DNA of 64,000 nucleotides from Gammaproteobacteria bacterium (GTDB lineage Bacteria; Pseudomonadota; Gammaproteobacteria; JAURND01): NCBI GenBank assembly GCA_035546635.1, contig DASZWJ010000019.1, positions 229,386 to 293,385 of the forward strand, read 5' to 3'. Shown piece by piece: positions 61,768 to 64,000 of this stretch (position 1 is its first letter; each line of letters starts with the position of its first letter). The notes under the pieces were generated by a model. It saw only the letters and a program-made list of their open reading frames with translations, ran no database searches and was not told where the DNA came from. The position numbers and the translations under genes were made by a program.

Positions 61768-62532
61768 ATGGCCGAGAAAAATATTCCCGACGATGAATTA
61801 TATATTCTCCGTCACAAAAATGGCATTATGCTGATTGATGATAAAGAAATACAACAGTATAAAAATCTATCTAAAATGCCAGATAAACTTTATACAGTAT
61901 CCGATTTATTCAAATACCCATTTTCTATTTATTTTTTAAATCAAAAGAGTCAGTTATCAAACTCTAATCCTGTCAATTTAGAATTTATACAAGCAGATTC
62001 ATTAAAGCAGGTTTATGGAAAAAGCGCTTTTGATATTTTTAAAGAGGAATCCACCTTACAACTGATTAAAAATGACACAAAAGTAATGCAAGCACAGAAA
62101 AAACTTTTTTTTGATGAACAACTGCCTGATAAACAGGGTTCCTATTTTAATGGTATTACCATCAAATTACCCTGGTATAGTCAAAAAAATGCAATCCTTG
62201 GTGTATTAGGATTAACCATTTTTTGGGGTCAGGGCTCTCCAGCAAGCTCTTTCTCATTAATTGATGAATTGGAATTTTTAAATGATAAAAATGGCATTAC
62301 CGGCAGCTTACCTGGTGCGCAATTAGGGAATAACTACCTCACCCAACGAGAGCTTGAAATACTGCAACATATTATTGAAGGAAGGCCTGCAAGAACAATT
62401 GCAGAAATTCTGGTTATCTCAAGACGCACCGTTGAAACCCATATAGAACATATCAAAAATAAAATTGGCGTAACCAGCAAACCCGAATTGATAGAAAAGG
62501 CGTTAGATTTTTATCGATCTTCTTCTTCCTGA
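61768..62532 (+). CDS. LuxR-family (GerE-type HTH) transcriptional regulator with an uncharacterised N-terminal domain (orphan/solo)
   Basis: C-terminal LTQRELEILQHIIEGRPARTIAEILVISRRTVETHIEHIKNKIGV. No receiver-domain aspartate context and no recognisable autoinducer-binding motif in the N-terminal ~180 aa. Confidence 0.7.
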   Translation: MAEKNIPDDELYILRHKNGIMLIDDKEIQQYKNLSKMPDKLYTVSDLFKYPFSIYFLNQKSQLSNSNPVNLEFIQADSLKQVYGKSAFDIFKEESTLQLIKNDTKVMQAQKKLFFDEQLPDKQGSYFNGITIKLPWYSQKNAILGVLGLTIFWGQGSPASSFSLIDELEFLNDKNGITGSLPGAQLGNNYLTQRELEILQHIIEGRPARTIAEILVISRRTVETHIEHIKNKIGVTSKPELIEKALDFYRSSSS

Positions 62533-62593
62533 ATTTTGCTCTCATCCTTCTCTTGTGCTCATGATGACAGCAAAACTCAAGATGACAATACAA

Positions 62594-63376
62594 TTACGAC
62601 TCCTTAGCCATTTGCTCCAACCGACCCAATGTATCTTTATAAATTCTCGTGCTTATACCGAATTTGCTAGCAAAAGGATTGCTCAATATAAAGATAATCA
62701 TTAAGAGGGAAGTGATCGTGTAAATTAATGCTCCGGTTAAAACCATCTGCGCCCAAAGACGATCCATGCCAAAAAAATAAGAAATACCAACGACTACAAA
62801 TCCCAGCATAACCAGTAACATTAATGGATTTTCTAGTTTAGGTTGTGTAGCAATAAAAATTCTTAAGCGTCGATTTTCCCGCAATTTTGCTAAATGCTCT
62901 AAAGAGTTAGAATAAATAACCTGTTCTTTGGGTGATTGCACATCCATGTTCAAGTAAATTCTCTGTAATTTCTCAAGAATCTCTGCAACTTGTGGTTCTT
63001 CTTGGTGCCTAATCATTTTCGGCCATTCTTTGGTAATAATAGCGTCTGTGTATTCAATGAGCGTTTGTTGAATACTATTCCGAACTTCTGGTGAAAATCC
63101 CGGCGCCAGCTGCGCTAAAGTCAACAAATCAGTGGTTTCTATTTTAGCTTCCCTGTAACTTTCCCCAACCTCATTGAGTACCATAGAAAATGTAAACGCC
63201 AATACCACGGCATAAATTACGCCAATTTGCAAAAAAATAGGGAATGCCACTTCATGATGAGAAGTTAGAAAATGTAAAGCGACCCAATTTCTGATGACTG
63301 CCACTAAGGCTGAACCTATAATAGCCGCTAGAAGCGCAACACTGATAACGGGATACTGTGAAAAAAAATTCATCAA
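62594..63376 (-). CDS. Hypothetical membrane protein (N- and C-terminal TM helices, possibly DUF4239-like)
   Basis: Hydrophobic segments at residues ~8-30, ~45-65 and ~190-245. No catalytic motif recognised. Confidence 0.4.
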   Translation of the reverse strand: MMNFFSQYPVISVALLAAIIGSALVAVIRNWVALHFLTSHHEVAFPIFLQIGVIYAVVLAFTFSMVLNEVGESYREAKIETTDLLTLAQLAPGFSPEVRNSIQQTLIEYTDAIITKEWPKMIRHQEEPQVAEILEKLQRIYLNMDVQSPKEQVIYSNSLEHLAKLRENRRLRIFIATQPKLENPLMLLVMLGFVVVGISYFFGMDRLWAQMVLTGALIYTITSLLMIIFILSNPFASKFGISTRIYKDTLGRLEQMAKES

Positions 63377-63454
63377 TGAATACCTGAAGCTCCATAATTA
63401 GAAGCTCTATATATCATAAATATATAAAGAAAAGCTACTCTTAGCATAAACGTC

Positions 63455-63538
63455 TCCCGGCAGGAGGCCGGGATCCAGGTCGCAGGAAAGCGAAACTGTG
63501 ATGTCCCTATCAACTGGATTTCGGCTTCCTGCCGGGAC
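63455..63538. repeat. REP-like palindromic element, family D, second copy
   Basis: TCCCGGCAGGAGGCCGGGATCCAGGTCGCAGGAAAGCGAAAC…CTGGATTTCGGCTTCCTGCCGGGA. Its core is about 85% identical to 37483-37562. Confidence 0.7.
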
Positions 63539-63588
63539 AATGTGCGAGTAGTTACATTGAATCAACATCAACTAGAGGTTTAATCCAA

Positions 63589-64000
63589 ATGAAATTAAAA
63601 AATAAAATTGCTTTAATTACTGGTGGCTCCAGCGGAATCGGGCTAGCTATTGCACAATTATTTTTGCAAGAAGGTGCCAAGGTAGTTATCACAGGAAGCA
63701 ACAGAGTAAAACTAGAAAAAGCCAAAGAGCAATTAAAGGGTGATGTTTTTGCTGTACAGAGTGATATTGCTGATTTAAATGAGATTCATGATTTATACCA
63801 GCAAATCCATAAGCATTTTAATGCTAATCTTGATATCCTCGTTGCGAATGCGGGTATTGTTAAAATCGCTCCGGTTGAAAAAGTTACAGAAGAACTCTTT
63901 GACAAAGTCATGTCAGTCAATTTAAAAGGTACCTATTTTACCGTGCAAAAATCCTTACCCTATTTAAACAGTCCGGCATCAATTATTTTAATTTCTTCTA
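63589..64000 (+). CDS. Short-chain dehydrogenase/reductase (SDR), N-terminal fragment running off the window end
   Basis: MKLKNKIALITGGSSGIGLAIA… has the TGxxxGxG Rossmann motif and NAG (VANAG). RBS GAGG lies 11 bp upstream. No stop codon before position 64000. Confidence 0.8.
   Translation, partial: MKLKNKIALITGGSSGIGLAIAQLFLQEGAKVVITGSNRVKLEKAKEQLKGDVFAVQSDIADLNEIHDLYQQIHKHFNANLDILVANAGIVKIAPVEKVTEELFDKVMSVNLKGTYFTVQKSLPYLNSPASIILISS

Overview
Mostly chromosomal housekeeping DNA. Codon-level similarity and gene order suggest a Legionellales-type gammaproteobacterium (roughly 40% GC), but this is an inference and no species can be named from the sequence alone.

Conserved blocks, in order:
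- mfd (C-terminal end), then miaB-phoH(ybeZ)-ybeY.
- ftsK, rdgC, then rne divergent from rluC.
- A complete thiamine cluster behind a TPP riboswitch: thiC-thiO-thiS-thiG and a fused thiDE.
- nudC, sbcB, trpS.
- msbA-lpxK.
- corC-lnt (detached from ybeZ-ybeY), rpsA-cmk, cinA/pncC divergent from mutS.
- yajQ, msrA.
- A complete his operon hisGDCBHAF(IE).
- A 3' region (52.5-64 kb) of lower GC that looks accessory: efflux pumps, tam, a PCuAC copper chaperone, an orphan LuxR-type regulator and an SDR.

Points of interest:
1. Two divergent paralogues (about 520 aa each) of a WbdD-like fusion protein, with an N-terminal class-I SAM methyltransferase and a C-terminal eukaryotic-like kinase domain. 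One sits in the slot normally occupied by corC after ybeY. The other converges on a DUF1343 (NamZ-like) plus sugar-1-phosphate nucleotidyltransferase operon.
2. An AT-rich, Ser-repeat hypothetical protein between rdgC and rne that looks like a horizontally acquired secreted-effector candidate.
3. An ArnT/PMT-like GT-C glycosyltransferase and a Tyr-rich lipoprotein directly upstream of msbA-lpxK.
4. At least five families of intergenic palindromic REP/MITE-like elements. One carries 14-bp terminal inverted repeats and an 8-bp direct duplication. Several donate the last codons and stop codon of hisD, hisH and cmk.

No rRNA, tRNA, CRISPR array, integrase or transposase was seen.
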